Numbered from the stretch's first letter, positions 47,691 to 59,176 are shown. The stretch: 64,000 nt of DNA from Halorutilales archaeon Cl-col2-1 (GCA_041891055.1 CP169074.1:1760001-1824000); one strand, 5' to 3'. Notes: a model not told the origin generated them from the sequence alone. A program made the numbers and translations.

Positions 47691-49175
47691 ATGACTCAGA
47701 GAATATCCACAGGAATTGAAGGTCTCGACGAAGTCATGGGATCGGGGCTTATATCCAACAGAAGCTACATGGTGCGAGGTGTACCTGGAACCGGAAAGAC
47801 CCTCCTCTGCATGGAGTTTCTGACAGCGAACCCCGACTCCTCCTCTCTCTTTGTCAACCTGAGCCAGTCCGAGGAGTCTCTGCGCGAGGACGCCGAGAGC
47901 TTCGGCTTCGATCTCTCTAATGTCGAAATACTTGATCTGAGTCCGTCACGCGACGAGTTCGGGGACGAACAGTACAGCATATTCAGTCCTGGGGAGGTCG
48001 AGACCGACGAGTACACACAGAAGATAATAGATGAGCTCGACGAGAGGTCTCCCGACAGGGTAGTGATAGACCCGCTGACACAGTTCCGTTACCTCTCACA
48101 GGACACCTACCAGTTCAACAAGCTCGTACTCTCGTTCTTCGGCTACCTCAAGGGAATAGACTCGACAGTTCTCTTTACGTCACAGAAGACGGAACAGAGA
48201 CCCGACGACGACCTCCAGTATCTCAGTGACGCCATAATAAGCCTCGACTACTCCGACGAGGGCAGAACAGTTGAGGTGACCAAGTACAGGGGCTCCGACT
48301 TCCGGAGTGGTCGACACTCGATGAAGATAGACGACGAAGGAATGACCGTCTTCCCGCGTCTCGACCTCGGCTTCGAGACACGTGACAGCCTCACAGGAGA
48401 GAAAGTATCGTCGGGAGTGCCCGAGGTCGACACACTTCTCGGCGGCGGAATCGAGAGAGGAACCGTCACGATAATATCGGGTCCTAGCGGCGTAGGTAAG
48501 ACGACTTCGGGTGCACAGTTCATGAAGGAGGCGGCTGGAAGAGGAGAGAAAGCCGTGATATACATGTTCGAGGAGAGGAAAGCATCGTTCCTACACAGGG
48601 CGGAGTCGATAAACATGCCCCTGCGTGAGATGGTCGAGAACGGTAGCCTCGAACTCAAGGAAGTCGAGGCTATGGAGACTACACCTGACGAGTTCGCTAA
48701 CCAGGTCAGAACCGATGTCGAGGAAGGTGCCGAGTTCGTGATGATCGACGGCGTAACGGGTTACAAGAGGATGATGACGAGAAGTAACAAATCGACAGAC
48801 TTGATCGACGAGATGCATAAACTCGGGAGGTTCCTCTCTAACAGGGACGTCACGACCTTCCTGATAAGTGAGATCAAGGATGTTACGGGCGATTTCAGTG
48901 CTACTGCCGAACACGTGAGTTACATAGCTGACAACATAATCTTCTTGAGATATCTGGAGATGAGTGGCGAGATGAGGAAGGCGATAGGAGTCCTCAAGAA
49001 ACGAGCCGGCAGCTTCGAGAGGATGCTCCGTGAGTTCATGATAACCGAGTACGGGGTAAAGGTCGGTGAGCCTCTCACGGGTCTCAGAGGAATCCTCACC
49101 GGCACGCCCGAGTTCGTGTCTCAGGAAGATCTAAACCTTCTTACCAACCCAGATGGAGGTGACGGCGGTAGATAG
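47691..49175 (+). CDS. Two-domain KaiC-like ATPase
   Basis: ISTGIEGLD..GVPGTGKT and SSGVPEVD..GPSGVGKT; KYRGS; VSYIADN; KKRAG. Confidence 0.9.
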   Translation: MTQRISTGIEGLDEVMGSGLISNRSYMVRGVPGTGKTLLCMEFLTANPDSSSLFVNLSQSEESLREDAESFGFDLSNVEILDLSPSRDEFGDEQYSIFSPGEVETDEYTQKIIDELDERSPDRVVIDPLTQFRYLSQDTYQFNKLVLSFFGYLKGIDSTVLFTSQKTEQRPDDDLQYLSDAIISLDYSDEGRTVEVTKYRGSDFRSGRHSMKIDDEGMTVFPRLDLGFETRDSLTGEKVSSGVPEVDTLLGGGIERGTVTIISGPSGVGKTTSGAQFMKEAAGRGEKAVIYMFEERKASFLHRAESINMPLREMVENGSLELKEVEAMETTPDEFANQVRTDVEEGAEFVMIDGVTGYKRMMTRSNKSTDLIDEMHKLGRFLSNRDVTTFLISEIKDVTGDFSATAEHVSYIADNIIFLRYLEMSGEMRKAIGVLKKRAGSFERMLREFMITEYGVKVGEPLTGLRGILTGTPEFVSQEDLNLLTNPDGGDGGR

Positions 49176-49407
49176 TATGCTAAATGTTACTCGTGAATAC
49201 ATCGGTTATCAGGAAAAGATTCCCGACAACGCCATATACTAGGCATCTGGCGGATTCGAGTCAGAAGAGGCAGCCCAAACCGGATGGGAGAACCGCAAGG
49301 GCTATCGACATACACGGGAAAAACCTGACACTCCGTCGAGTAACACCTCCGGCAAGCCCCGGGATGTAGCCTCTCGCGGTGAATAGTAGTAGATAACCCG
49401 CTTAGTC

Positions 49408-49914
49408 TCAGGCGACGTCTCTCTCCTCTGTGAATACCACTGTTTTCTCGTCGGACTCTATCTTAGTCTCGATAGTTATCAGACCGTCGTTCGATCTTAT
49501 CTTCATTCCTCCTCCAAAACCTACGTCGACCTCCTGCGTCTGTGTATAGCTCTCTCCGGCTTCCAGGTCGCCTATTCTCTTGCTCCCCTCCCAGATAAGA
49601 TCACCGCCAGAGTAGATCTTCGTGCTGACCTCTACGTTGTGGGCGTCGGCGTCGCCCGTGTTATACAGTGTCGAGGTCACGTCTCTGCACGTAGTTCCAC
49701 AGCTCTCTATACTGACTGTCTCGATTCTGAAACCGACGCTCGACGACTCGGAGTCCGCTTCTACATCGCCGTTCCCTGTCTGAGTCTCCGTGGTTCCCTC
49801 GGGACTTAACTGCGTGTCTTCCCTAGGAGACTCGGACGGTATCATCAGAAGACCCCCCACGACTACTACGACTCCCACAACCGTTATCAGTGCTCGTTTT
49901 GTGTTTTGGTTCAT
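49408..49914 (-). CDS. Membrane-anchored hypothetical protein with Ig-like domain
   Basis: N-terminal TM; CGTTCRDV, LYNTGDADAHNV, IGDLEAGES. Confidence 0.65.
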   Translation of the reverse strand: MNQNTKRALITVVGVVVVVGGLLMIPSESPREDTQLSPEGTTETQTGNGDVEADSESSSVGFRIETVSIESCGTTCRDVTSTLYNTGDADAHNVEVSTKIYSGGDLIWEGSKRIGDLEAGESYTQTQEVDVGFGGGMKIRSNDGLITIETKIESDEKTVVFTEERDVA

Positions 49915-50131
49915 GTTTGATCTCCCGCGACGAATCCAACCATACCTGCTGTTAGAGTTCCCATATCTCTAATTAAGCTCGGGGCACTTCAACCCTCCAA
50001 GTAGTTGTACCCAGTTCGAGTCCTTTTCGGAGTTTTTCGGACGACTATGACTGGCAACAGAGTTTAGAGATGTCGATCCGTAGTCGAAGACTGATCCGTA
50101 CCATACCCAAACCAATACCCGAAACTGAGAC

Positions 50132-51076
50132 ATGTCACTTAGAAATATAGCCCTCCTCGGATCTCTATGTCTGATCGTGGTATCTGCAGCACTGCTTACC
50201 TTGTACGTTGACCCGAAAACCGGTTCGAAACCCGTGTCAGGCTCCTCTGTCGAGGACTCGGACGGGATCGATTACATAGTAGACCAGCCACGTGATCCAA
50301 CCCTCCGAGGTCTCGTCGTCCACCGCGAGGTCAAGAATGGAGAGCCACGTCTCTATGTCTATCTGAGGGGAAGAGGTGCTAAGGTTACGGGGAGCCTGAA
50401 TCTGAGAGACGCACGTATAACCAGACTGGAGAACGCCGACGGTAACATGGGACTCGAAAACCCACACAACTCGAAGCCGAACCTCGAAACATCGACACCA
50501 GCTGAGACTCAGTCCGTCTACGAAGATGAGATACATCTGTCACGTGACTCCGAGGGTCTGAGATACGTGATGAATACGGGAAGGTTAGTCGACGCTTTCT
50601 GGGTCTACTACGAGCCCACGGGATCCCATCCATCGTTCTCAGTCGATCTCCGATCCTCCGAAAATATATCCTCGTGGATCTACATAGGCGGATCTAACCC
50701 GGCGCGTGTTCCTCAGTCGACCCGCGTTCCTCTCGGATTCACTCACGAGGACGACACCGACGGCGATGGGATACCTGACTCCGACGAGGAAGACGGAATA
50801 ATAACTGCTGGTGGAGACGTGTACGTGACCAACCCCAGCCGACGTGACACCGATGGGGATGGACTCGGTGACGGGGATGAGATCGGAAAACGTGCGGGCG
50901 GTGTCTACTACGGAACTGTCTCCGACCCCACACGTAAAGACACCGACGGCGACGGTCTGATCGACCCCGAGGAGCTTAATACCGGGACTGACCCCTTCGA
51001 GATAGATACCGACGGTGACGGGGTTTCCGACAGCTTAGACGCGCGACCCACTGTCGAGAACCCTGACCCGGCTTAG
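50132..51076 (+). CDS. Secreted/anchored protein with thrombospondin type-3-like Ca-binding repeats
   Basis: N-terminal hydrophobic segment; four DTDGDG repeats at the C-terminus. Confidence 0.7.
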   Translation: MSLRNIALLGSLCLIVVSAALLTLYVDPKTGSKPVSGSSVEDSDGIDYIVDQPRDPTLRGLVVHREVKNGEPRLYVYLRGRGAKVTGSLNLRDARITRLENADGNMGLENPHNSKPNLETSTPAETQSVYEDEIHLSRDSEGLRYVMNTGRLVDAFWVYYEPTGSHPSFSVDLRSSENISSWIYIGGSNPARVPQSTRVPLGFTHEDDTDGDGIPDSDEEDGIITAGGDVYVTNPSRRDTDGDGLGDGDEIGKRAGGVYYGTVSDPTRKDTDGDGLIDPEELNTGTDPFEIDTDGDGVSDSLDARPTVENPDPA

Positions 51077-51257
51077 CCTCACGTACGTAGATGTCGCCTC
51101 CATCCATTGGCTCGACTTTCGGGGCAAGAAATATATGTTGGTACTGTGATACGTTATCAAACTCCATCCCTCCCTCGACAGGGGGTCACGCTCCGAGCAC
51201 TCGAGTATTCAGGCACTATTCCATCACGATGTGGTGTAGAAAACTCAAAGGACGAAG

Positions 51258-51800
51258 ATGAACGAATCCTACTCGGTACTCACGTTACTCTCGAACGAGA
51301 GAGACAGACAGTTACTCGAAGACTGGATAGAGACAGAGACGACCCACGAGGTCTGTTCGGCTGAGGTAGATCAGGTCAGGAGCCGAGACGCCGAGTTCGA
51401 CCTGTGTGTACTCGACGTCGATTCGTTCGAGAGACACAGCGACTGGCTAATAGACCTAAAGGAGAAGACAGAGCCCGTAATACTCCCGTACCTTCTCCTA
51501 GTCGAGGAGGAAAACAGGGATGTTCTCGAAGGTGAACGGCTTGAGTACGCCGACGGATCTCTTTGGGGGAGCGTAGACGACATTATAAATGTCCCCCTGC
51601 GTAAACACGAGTTCCGAATCCGTCTCGACAGCCTACTCAGACTCAGGAGTCAGTCTCTCGAAATAAAGGAGGCTCGGGACGAGTACAGAAATCTGAGTCA
51701 GAGGCTTGAGAGGGAGAAGACGAAGCTTCAGAAGTACCTCGATGTCTCAGAGGCTATCGTGGTAGGACTCAACTCAGACCACACAGTAAGAGAGATAAGC
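51258..51800 (+). pseudogene. Truncated pseudo-receiver/PAS signalling protein
   Basis: Receiver-like fold (FDLCVLD, LPYLLLV, DDIINVP), coiled coil and start of a PAS domain; after about 51800 the frame reads as non-acidic spurious sequence to 52007. Confidence 0.6.
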
Positions 51801-52105
51801 CTCTCGGTTCTGTTCTGGGGCTGTGAGACAGCTACTCCTCACTGCCAGAGCCCGAAACCGCGTCCACAGACATCTCGACGTACATCGTGTGCCAGTTCCG
51901 TAGATGGTATCTCACGAGACCGACCGCACGTTTCAGCGCTCCAGACACCGAGCGCGAGCCTCTACGTCCGGACGAACCTTCTCTTCCCTTCTGTCCCAGA
52001 CTCATAACTGTCTACTTTGGCTCGACATCCTATAAGTCTTGGGAAGAGTTAACACGACACCTACCGCGCCAGTAAGCTTTTATCCGTACGTGTTAAGTCT
52101 TCTAT

Positions 52106-52939
52106 ATGGTCGGTCCTCTGATATGGATCTCGATAGGTCTCTTCCTAGCCGGCATGGTACTCGAAGACTGGTCCGACGAGCTAGCCGCCGGAGGATGGAT
52201 CGCCTTCGGAGCCTACTGGATGATGCGGTTTCCCGTCTACTACCAGGAGACACACAGCTTCATAAAGAGCATACTCGTCTTAGTCGCACTCCCAGTCTCG
52301 GTCTATGTCGCCTACGAGATATACACGAACCAACGTGACTCGCTCGTGAAGCTAAGCCACGCAGTCGCCGCTATGGGTCTCATATACCTGCCGTTCGCCT
52401 TCGTCGACCCTCTCAGGGCGGCACTCATAGAACACACTGCGCGACAGTCGTACCGTCTCCTCCAGATACTCGGAGTCGAGACGACACTCACTACACGTGA
52501 CGGAGTTCTCAACACATTCGTGACCACGAACCCCGCGACCGGAGAGACCTACGTCACCTACATAATACTCGCGTGTACCGGAATAGGAAGCATGTCGATC
52601 TTCGGAGGAGTCGTAGCCGCAGTCGACGCTCCGCTCGACAAGAAGATAAAGGCACTCGGTGTCTCGATACCCTCTATATACGTCCTCAACCTCATAAGGA
52701 ACGCCTTCATCACGACCTCGTACGGCTACCAGTGGTTCCCTCTCGCAGAGGAGACTATAAGCGGCATGATGGGCGAGCCCTACGGATACGCGAGCTTCTT
52801 CTGGGCTGACAAGGTCATCTCGCAGTCTCTGAGCGTCGTCGTCCTAGTCATCCTCACGATGGCGGTCGTCCGTCTGATGCCCGAGGTTCACGACCTCCTC
52901 ACTGACGTCTTAGACGTACTCGCGGGGAAGTCGGCGTAA
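52106..52939 (+). CDS. artA: Archaeosortase A
   Basis: IILACTGIGSM (catalytic Cys), LNLIRN, FFWADKVISQ; multi-TM. Confidence 0.9.
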   Translation: MVGPLIWISIGLFLAGMVLEDWSDELAAGGWIAFGAYWMMRFPVYYQETHSFIKSILVLVALPVSVYVAYEIYTNQRDSLVKLSHAVAAMGLIYLPFAFVDPLRAALIEHTARQSYRLLQILGVETTLTTRDGVLNTFVTTNPATGETYVTYIILACTGIGSMSIFGGVVAAVDAPLDKKIKALGVSIPSIYVLNLIRNAFITTSYGYQWFPLAEETISGMMGEPYGYASFFWADKVISQSLSVVVLVILTMAVVRLMPEVHDLLTDVLDVLAGKSA

Positions 52940-52993
52940 CGTAACCCTAACGCGGAAGACGGATACGTACACAGATCTTAGAGACGTCCGAGA

Positions 52994-53695
52994 ATGAGAA
53001 TCGGAGACGTCGAAGTCGAGTTCTATAATGACTCCGTCTATCTCCCCGAGACTCAGACTGTCGGAGTCAGCGACCTCCATGTCGGAAGGGAAGCGGAGGC
53101 ACACGACGAAGGGGTCTCTATGCCTCTCTACGAGTCGGAGACACTCGAAGACAAGCTGAGGGACGTACTCGCCGAGTTCGAACCCGAGACTGTCGTATTC
53201 AACGGCGATGTCCTCCACTCTTTCGGGAAGATACGAGACAACGCCGAGACGGTCGAACGTCTCGCGGCTGTCGTAGAGTCATACGACTCCGAGTCAGTCT
53301 TCGTTGAGGGGAACCACGACAGCATGCTCGACTCCGTAGTAGAGACACGCAGGTTCTACGAGGCAGACTCCGGGGTCGTATTCACCCACGGTGACACGAT
53401 TCCTGCCGACCTCCCCCCAGCAGACCTCTATGTCGTGGGGCACGACCATCCGACAGTCGAGATAGAGATGGAGAAGACCAACTGCTACATCTACGGCGAC
53501 TTCGAGTCGTCGAAGGTGCTGATGCTCCCCGCTTTCAGCCCTCTCTTCTCGGGGGTCGCCATAAACGAGATGTCTTCTGCCGACTTAATGAGTCCCTTCG
53601 TGCGCAACCTCGATGAGTTCCAGGTCGCAGTAGAGAAGGAGAAGGGCGAAGTCTTGGAGTTCCCTCGTCTGAGGGAGTTCCGGCGTATGCTGTAG
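52994..53695 (+). CDS. Calcineurin-like metallophosphoesterase
   Basis: SDLHVG, NGDVLH, GNHD, THG, GHDHP. Confidence 0.88.
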   Translation: MRIGDVEVEFYNDSVYLPETQTVGVSDLHVGREAEAHDEGVSMPLYESETLEDKLRDVLAEFEPETVVFNGDVLHSFGKIRDNAETVERLAAVVESYDSESVFVEGNHDSMLDSVVETRRFYEADSGVVFTHGDTIPADLPPADLYVVGHDHPTVEIEMEKTNCYIYGDFESSKVLMLPAFSPLFSGVAINEMSSADLMSPFVRNLDEFQVAVEKEKGEVLEFPRLREFRRML

Positions 53696-53741
53696 AAATT
53701 AGAACCCTTATGTGACTGGGACGGGAAGTTGTGGTTAATAG

Positions 53742-54332
53742 GTGACTAACTCGATGGGCTCCTCAGATACTGACACTGATGCTGATACTGAAACTGAACC
53801 CGGTACTACTGACACAGACATCGACTTAGAAGAGGCTGACGCCGACGAACTCAGGCAGGAACTCCAGAAGAAGGAGGAGACCGTAGAGGATCTTTCGTCG
53901 AAGCTCGACGAGAGGCAGAAGGAGATCGAGGATCTCGAAAGCCGTCTCAAGAGGGTACAGGCGGACTTCCAGAACTACAAGAAGAGGGCGGAGAAGAAGA
54001 AGGAGGAGTTCTCTAAGTACGCCACAGTCGACCTCGTCTCGGAGCTTCTGACTGTGAAGTCGAACCTCGAAAGGGCTCTCGACGAGGAGGGCGACATACG
54101 TGAGGGCGTCGAGATGGTCAACAACGAACTCGACCGTATACTCGAATCCGAGGGCGTCGAGAGGATAGACACAGAGGAGTTCGACCCCGAGGTACACGAG
54201 GCGATGATGCGTGTCGACTCCGACGAACACGAGGAGGGCGAGATAGTCGACGTCTACGAGGACGGCTACGTTATGGAGGACAGGGTAGTCCGTCCCGCGA
54301 AGGTTACAGTCGCGAAGGGCGACGACGAGTAG
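53742..54332 (+). CDS. grpE: Nucleotide exchange factor GrpE
   Basis: QADFQNYKKR, NLERAL, FDPEVHEA, VRPAKVTV; start may be the ATG at 53754. Confidence 0.95.
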   Translation: MTNSMGSSDTDTDADTETEPGTTDTDIDLEEADADELRQELQKKEETVEDLSSKLDERQKEIEDLESRLKRVQADFQNYKKRAEKKKEEFSKYATVDLVSELLTVKSNLERALDEEGDIREGVEMVNNELDRILESEGVERIDTEEFDPEVHEAMMRVDSDEHEEGEIVDVYEDGYVMEDRVVRPAKVTVAKGDDE

Positions 54333-54387
54333 AAGAAACTGCCAAAGTTTTTAAATAACGGGAGTAATAACTTGAGGTAAGTACAAC

Positions 54388-56313
54388 ATGACAACCGAGA
54401 AGATCGTAGGAATTGATTTAGGTACGACGAACAGTGCGATGGCTATCATGGAGGGTGGCGACCCCGAGATAATCGAGAACGCCGAGGGCGAACGTACTAC
54501 TCCTTCAGTCGTGGCTTTCTCCGACGACGGCGAACGTCTCATAGGGAAGCCCGCGAAGAACCAGGCGGTTCAGAACCCCGACAAGACCGTACAGAGTATC
54601 AAACGTCACATGGGTGAGGACTACGAGGTCGAGATAGACGACGACACCTACACCCCCGAACAGATCTCGGCGATGACTCTCCAGAAGCTCAAACGCGATA
54701 CCGAGGACTACCTCGGAGAGGAAGTCGAGAAGGCTGTCATCACCGTCCCCGCTTACTTCTCAGACGCACAGAGACAGGCTACTAAGGACGCGGGCAAGAT
54801 CGCTGGCTTAGAGGTCGAGAGGATCGTCAACGAGCCGACTGCGGCGGCGATGGCTTACGGACTCGACGACGAGAGCGACCAGACCGTCCTCGTATACGAC
54901 CTCGGAGGAGGAACCTTCGACGTCTCGATACTCGACCTCGGAGGAGGAGTCTATGAGGTCGTCTCGACGAGCGGTGACAACGAACTCGGAGGAGACGACT
55001 TCGACCAGGCTATCATAGACTGGCTAGCTGACGACTTCGAGGAAGAGCACGGAATCGACCTACGTGACGACAAGATGGCTCTCCAGCGTCTCAAGGACGC
55101 CGCCGAGGAGGCGAAGATAGAGCTTTCGAGCCGTAAGGAGACGACGATCAACCTCCCGTTCGTCGCCTCGGACGACTCGGGTCCCCTACACATAGAGAAG
55201 GATCTCTCACGTGCGAAGTTCGAGTCGATGACAGAGGATCTCGTCGAGAGGACGATGGGACCTGTCGACCAGGCGATAGAGGACGCCGGCGTTGGAGTCG
55301 ACGGAATAGACGAGATAATACTCGTCGGAGGATCGACACGTATCCCGGCTGTGAGGGAAGCCGTAAAGGACAAGATAGGAATGGAGCCGCGTAAGGACGT
55401 CAACCCCGACGAGGCAGTCGCACTCGGTGCCGCGATACAGGGTGGAGTCCTCTCGGGAGAGGTCGACGACCTCGTTCTCCTCGATGTTACTCCACTCTCG
55501 CTCGGCATAGAGACGAAGGGTGGAGTCTTCACACGTCTCATAGACAGGAACACTACGATTCCGACCGAGGAGTCGAAGGTCTTCACGACCGCTGTCGACA
55601 ACCAGACGAGCGTCAACGTCCGTGTCTTTCAGGGAGAACGTGAGATGGCAGAGGACAACGAGCTACTCGATGAGTTCGTTCTTTCGGGTATCCCGCCCGC
55701 ACCCGCCGGAACCCCCCAGATTGAGGTCTCTTTCTCGATAGACGAGAACGGAATCGTCAACGTCGAGGCTGAGGACAAGGGAAGCGGAGAGTCGAAGTCG
55801 GTCACGATAGAGGGCGGCACCGGACTCACAGACGAGGAGATAGAGGATATGGTCAACGAGGCGGAGAAACACGCCGAGGAGGACAAGAAGCGCAGGGAGC
55901 GTATAGAGGCGCGCAACGCCGCCGAGAGCGCTGTCAACAACGCCGAGAGCATGCTCGAGGACAACGAGGAGGATGTCAGCGATGAGACAGTCGAGAAGGT
56001 CGAAAGTGCCGTAGACGACGTCGAGGAAGTCCTCGAAGACGAAGACGCCGACAAGGACGAGATCGAGTCCGTCACCGAGGATCTCCAGGAGGCTATACAG
56101 GAGATAGGAAAGGAGATCTACGGCGGGCAGGAGGCTCAGGCAGGCGCAGGTCCTGGTGCGGGTGCCGCTGGTGCTGGCGCGGGTGCAGGACCTAACCCCG
56201 GCGCTGGCGCAGGACCCGGTGCGAGCGCAGGCGGTGCCGGAGCCGGAGACGCCGACTTCAACGACGTCGACTTCGAGGACGTAGACTCAGACGCCGACGA
56301 AGAAGACGAGTAA
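54388..56313 (+). CDS. dnaK: Chaperone DnaK
   Basis: [30 protein letters not shown]. Confidence 0.98.
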   Translation: MTTEKIVGIDLGTTNSAMAIMEGGDPEIIENAEGERTTPSVVAFSDDGERLIGKPAKNQAVQNPDKTVQSIKRHMGEDYEVEIDDDTYTPEQISAMTLQKLKRDTEDYLGEEVEKAVITVPAYFSDAQRQATKDAGKIAGLEVERIVNEPTAAAMAYGLDDESDQTVLVYDLGGGTFDVSILDLGGGVYEVVSTSGDNELGGDDFDQAIIDWLADDFEEEHGIDLRDDKMALQRLKDAAEEAKIELSSRKETTINLPFVASDDSGPLHIEKDLSRAKFESMTEDLVERTMGPVDQAIEDAGVGVDGIDEIILVGGSTRIPAVREAVKDKIGMEPRKDVNPDEAVALGAAIQGGVLSGEVDDLVLLDVTPLSLGIETKGGVFTRLIDRNTTIPTEESKVFTTAVDNQTSVNVRVFQGEREMAEDNELLDEFVLSGIPPAPAGTPQIEVSFSIDENGIVNVEAEDKGSGESKSVTIEGGTGLTDEEIEDMVNEAEKHAEEDKKRRERIEARNAAESAVNNAESMLEDNEEDVSDETVEKVESAVDDVEEVLEDEDADKDEIESVTEDLQEAIQEIGKEIYGGQEAQAGAGPGAGAAGAGAGAGPNPGAGAGPGASAGGAGAGDADFNDVDFEDVDSDADEEDE

Positions 56314-56319
56314 AACTAG

Positions 56320-57519
56320 GTGAGACAGGTGACCCAGAGCTACTACGACGTACTCGGCGTCTCGAAGGACGCCTCGGACGACGAGATCAAGGAGGCGTAC
56401 CGTGAGAAGGCGCGTGAGTACCACCCCGACATAAGCGACCACGACGACGCCGAGGAGAGGTTCAAGAAGGTACAGGAAGCATACGACGTACTCGGTGACG
56501 ACGACGCCCGTCAGGCTTACGACCAGATGGGTCACCAGAGGTTCGAACAGGCGAAGAAACAGGGCTTCGATCCCTCCGAGGACGGCTTCCAGGGTGCAGG
56601 TGCGGGTGCGGGTGCAGGAGCCGGTGGATTCGGCGGCGGTGCTGGAGCCTCCGGAATGGGAGGCTTCGAGGATCTCTTCAACGACCTCTTCGGATTCGGC
56701 GGAGGTCGTGGACGTGGCAGAGGCTCCGACAGGGGCTCCGACGTCGAGACGACGGTGACGATAAGCCTCGAAGACGCATTCGAGGGGATCGAACGCGAGG
56801 TGACCTACTCCCACGACGTGACGTGTCAGACTTGTGGAGGAACCGGAGCGAAGGATGACTCAAGCGTCCACACGTGTGAGACGTGTGGCGGACGCGGAGA
56901 GGTACGTCAGCAGCAGCAGACTCCGTTCGGCACGACGACCTCAGTACGTCCGTGTCCCGACTGTGGCGGATCGGGGCAGATAATCGAGGAAGAATGCCCC
57001 GACTGTAACGGACGCGGGAAGAAGACCAAGACTGAGACGACGAGGGTACGTATACCCTCGGGAGTCGAGGACGGCACCACTCTGAGAGTCTCGGGCGGAG
57101 GAAACGCCGGAGAAGCCGGGTCACGTGACGGCGACCTCTACATACAGGTCGAGGTCGAGGATCACGACAGGTTCGACCGTGAGGGCGACGACATCTACTA
57201 CACACATCCCGTGAGCTTCCCGAGGGCGGTCTTCGGGGGCGAAGTCAGAGTCCCGACACTCGACGGCGAGGTCGAGATGGAGGTACCGTCGGGTACACAG
57301 AGCGGAGAGAGATTCCGACTGCGCGACAAGGGTATGCCTCGTATGAGGGGACGCGGACGTGGAGACGAGTACGTCGACATACAGGTCGTGACCCCCGATC
57401 CGTCCGACCTCAACGACGAGGAGACCGAAGCCCTGAGACAGTTCGCCGAGGCTGGCGGCGACGAAATCGAGGTCGACGAGGGCTTCTTCGACAAGATCAA
57501 GAAGATGAGCGGGCTTTAG
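56320..57519 (+). CDS. dnaJ: Chaperone DnaJ
   Basis: HPD motif, G/F-rich region, four CxxCxGxG repeats. Confidence 0.97.
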   Translation: MRQVTQSYYDVLGVSKDASDDEIKEAYREKAREYHPDISDHDDAEERFKKVQEAYDVLGDDDARQAYDQMGHQRFEQAKKQGFDPSEDGFQGAGAGAGAGAGGFGGGAGASGMGGFEDLFNDLFGFGGGRGRGRGSDRGSDVETTVTISLEDAFEGIEREVTYSHDVTCQTCGGTGAKDDSSVHTCETCGGRGEVRQQQQTPFGTTTSVRPCPDCGGSGQIIEEECPDCNGRGKKTKTETTRVRIPSGVEDGTTLRVSGGGNAGEAGSRDGDLYIQVEVEDHDRFDREGDDIYYTHPVSFPRAVFGGEVRVPTLDGEVEMEVPSGTQSGERFRLRDKGMPRMRGRGRGDEYVDIQVVTPDPSDLNDEETEALRQFAEAGGDEIEVDEGFFDKIKKMSGL

Positions 57520-57530
57520 CTTAGACGTAT

Positions 57531-57951
57531 CTATCCATCTCCCGACACGACTTCCTCTAAGAACTCGTCGGGCGTGACTATCTCTATCCCATCGAACTTG
57601 TGTAGACTCAGAAGATGTGAGTCGCCTGATATGATATAATCCGCGTCGGCACTGACTGCGGCTTCGATAAAGATGTTGTCTGAGGGATCGTCTTCTATCT
57701 CGTTAATCTCAACGTCCGGGAGTACGAAATCCGCGAAGTACTCGATGGTCTCCTTCTCAGAGGTCACTTCGTCAGACTCCATTCCAAACTTGTCCTCGTA
57801 TTTCAGAAGGGTCTCCTCGAACTCCTCTGACCGTCTCGGGTGAGACTATCAACGTGTACTCTCCTTTAAACCCCGCTACCACGACATCGTGGCTCGTACC
57901 TGTGGATATGACAGCCGATATAAGTACATTAGTGTCGACGACAGCCTTCAT
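57531..57951 (-). pseudogene. PIN-family toxin with +1 frameshift near 57828
   Basis: MKAVVDTNVLISA...SPETV, then EEFEETLLKY...DPSDNIFIEAAV..YIISGDSHLL in another frame; span 421 nt. Confidence 0.8.
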
Positions 57952-58208
57952 ACTCCTCTCTTTTCGTGCACGAGATCCTCTATCTCGCTGAGAGGTATCT
58001 CGGTTTCTTTCTCACGTTCTTCGACCCGCCTCTCGAACTCCTCTATAGAGGGTAGGTCTATCTTCTTGAGTACTATTCCGTGCTGTGTTGGAACTGCGAG
58101 AAGCCTGTCACCCTCATCTATTTCGTACCTCTCGCGTAACGAACTCGGTATAGTTATCTGACCCTTTGAACTGACTGTGGCTATCTCCGTCTCGTTATCG
58201 GCGCTCAT
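57948..58208 (-). CDS. AbrB/MazE-family antitoxin
   Basis: ATVSSKGQITIPSSLRERYEIDEGD; start re-called at MSADNE. Confidence 0.88.
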   Translation of the reverse strand: MSADNETEIATVSSKGQITIPSSLRERYEIDEGDRLLAVPTQHGIVLKKIDLPSIEEFERRVEEREKETEIPLSEIEDLVHEKRGV

Positions 58209-58249
58209 GGGTAAGAATTCCTTACTTGTCTGGATAACTCTTGCGGCGG

Positions 58250-59083
58250 TCAGACCCCCATACGTCCCAACACGAACGCCCCCATCGCCGCGAACATTCC
58301 CACTTTGAGTAGCTTCTGACCCTTCGACGGGTTCTTCCAAGAGATGAGGCTTCCGGCTAAGAGAATCAGGTCGCCGGGCACTACACCCACGAGGTAAGCG
58401 AAGCCGAAGATACCCTCTATGTACGGAAGAGGGCTAAGACCCACTGCGACTAAGACTGAGAACGACGCGAGTATTAGTGACTTCTTTTCCCCCCAGATTA
58501 TCGGAAGAGTCCTCGCACCCTCCTCGCGGTCGCCCTCTATGTCCTCAACGTCCTTGACTATCTCTCTGCCGAGAGTCGCGAGAAGACCCAGTACGAAGAG
58601 GACTGCTGTGTACTCGACTCCTCCGACGGCTGCGCCACCGAAGAGAAACGCACTTCCCGTGAGGTAGGCTACGACGAGGTTTCCGACGAGGGGGACGCGT
58701 TTGAGATGTGACGAGTAGGTCACGAGCGCGGTCAGGTTGAGAACACCTATCCCTATCGCGAGGGGCGGAAGAGACAGTACGACGAAGAACGCGAGTAAGA
58801 ACAGAGACGACGCAGCCCCGAGAGCCTCCCTCTCCGAGAGACGTCCGCTGGGTATCGGACGGTCGGGACGGTTCACGGCGTCTATCTCGGCGTCGAAGTA
58901 GTCGTTGACTGCGTTTCCCGCCCCGGTTGCGAAGACTGTCACCGTCGCCGCGGCTACTGCGGGCACTAACGAGAAGCCGCCTATAAAGCTTCCTATCACA
59001 GCGGCGAAGCCCGCGAAGACCGAGTTGGCGGGACGTGTTATCTCGATGGCAGCCTTCGCCTTCTCTTTCGGTATGGATCTCAC
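58250..59083 (-). CDS. Digeranylgeranylglyceryl phosphate synthase (UbiA family)
   Basis: ITRPAN, NAVNDYFDAEIDAVNRPDRPIPSG, REIVKDVEDIEGD; start uncertain. Confidence 0.9.
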   Translation of the reverse strand: MRSIPKEKAKAAIEITRPANSVFAGFAAVIGSFIGGFSLVPAVAAATVTVFATGAGNAVNDYFDAEIDAVNRPDRPIPSGRLSEREALGAASSLFLLAFFVVLSLPPLAIGIGVLNLTALVTYSSHLKRVPLVGNLVVAYLTGSAFLFGGAAVGGVEYTAVLFVLGLLATLGREIVKDVEDIEGDREEGARTLPIIWGEKKSLILASFSVLVAVGLSPLPYIEGIFGFAYLVGVVPGDLILLAGSLISWKNPSKGQKLLKVGMFAAMGAFVLGRMGV

Positions 59084-59176
59084 TGGTGTTGGGACTTCGT
59101 CGAGACGTCCCTTTTTAGCTTCGTTTCCACTACGTTGTACCGTAAGTAGTAATAAGTCTGTTTGCAAGTATGTAAC

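Noticed and set aside
51832-52005. 57-aa minus-strand ORF (MSLGQKGREG...) with a TATA-like box
   Set aside because: Plausible, but basic in composition with no recognisable motif; not enough support.
56140-56250. Gly/Ala repeats in the dnaK tail (also in dnaJ) and Asp/Thr hexamer repeats at the grpE start
   Set aside because: Ordinary low-complexity linkers of these chaperones.
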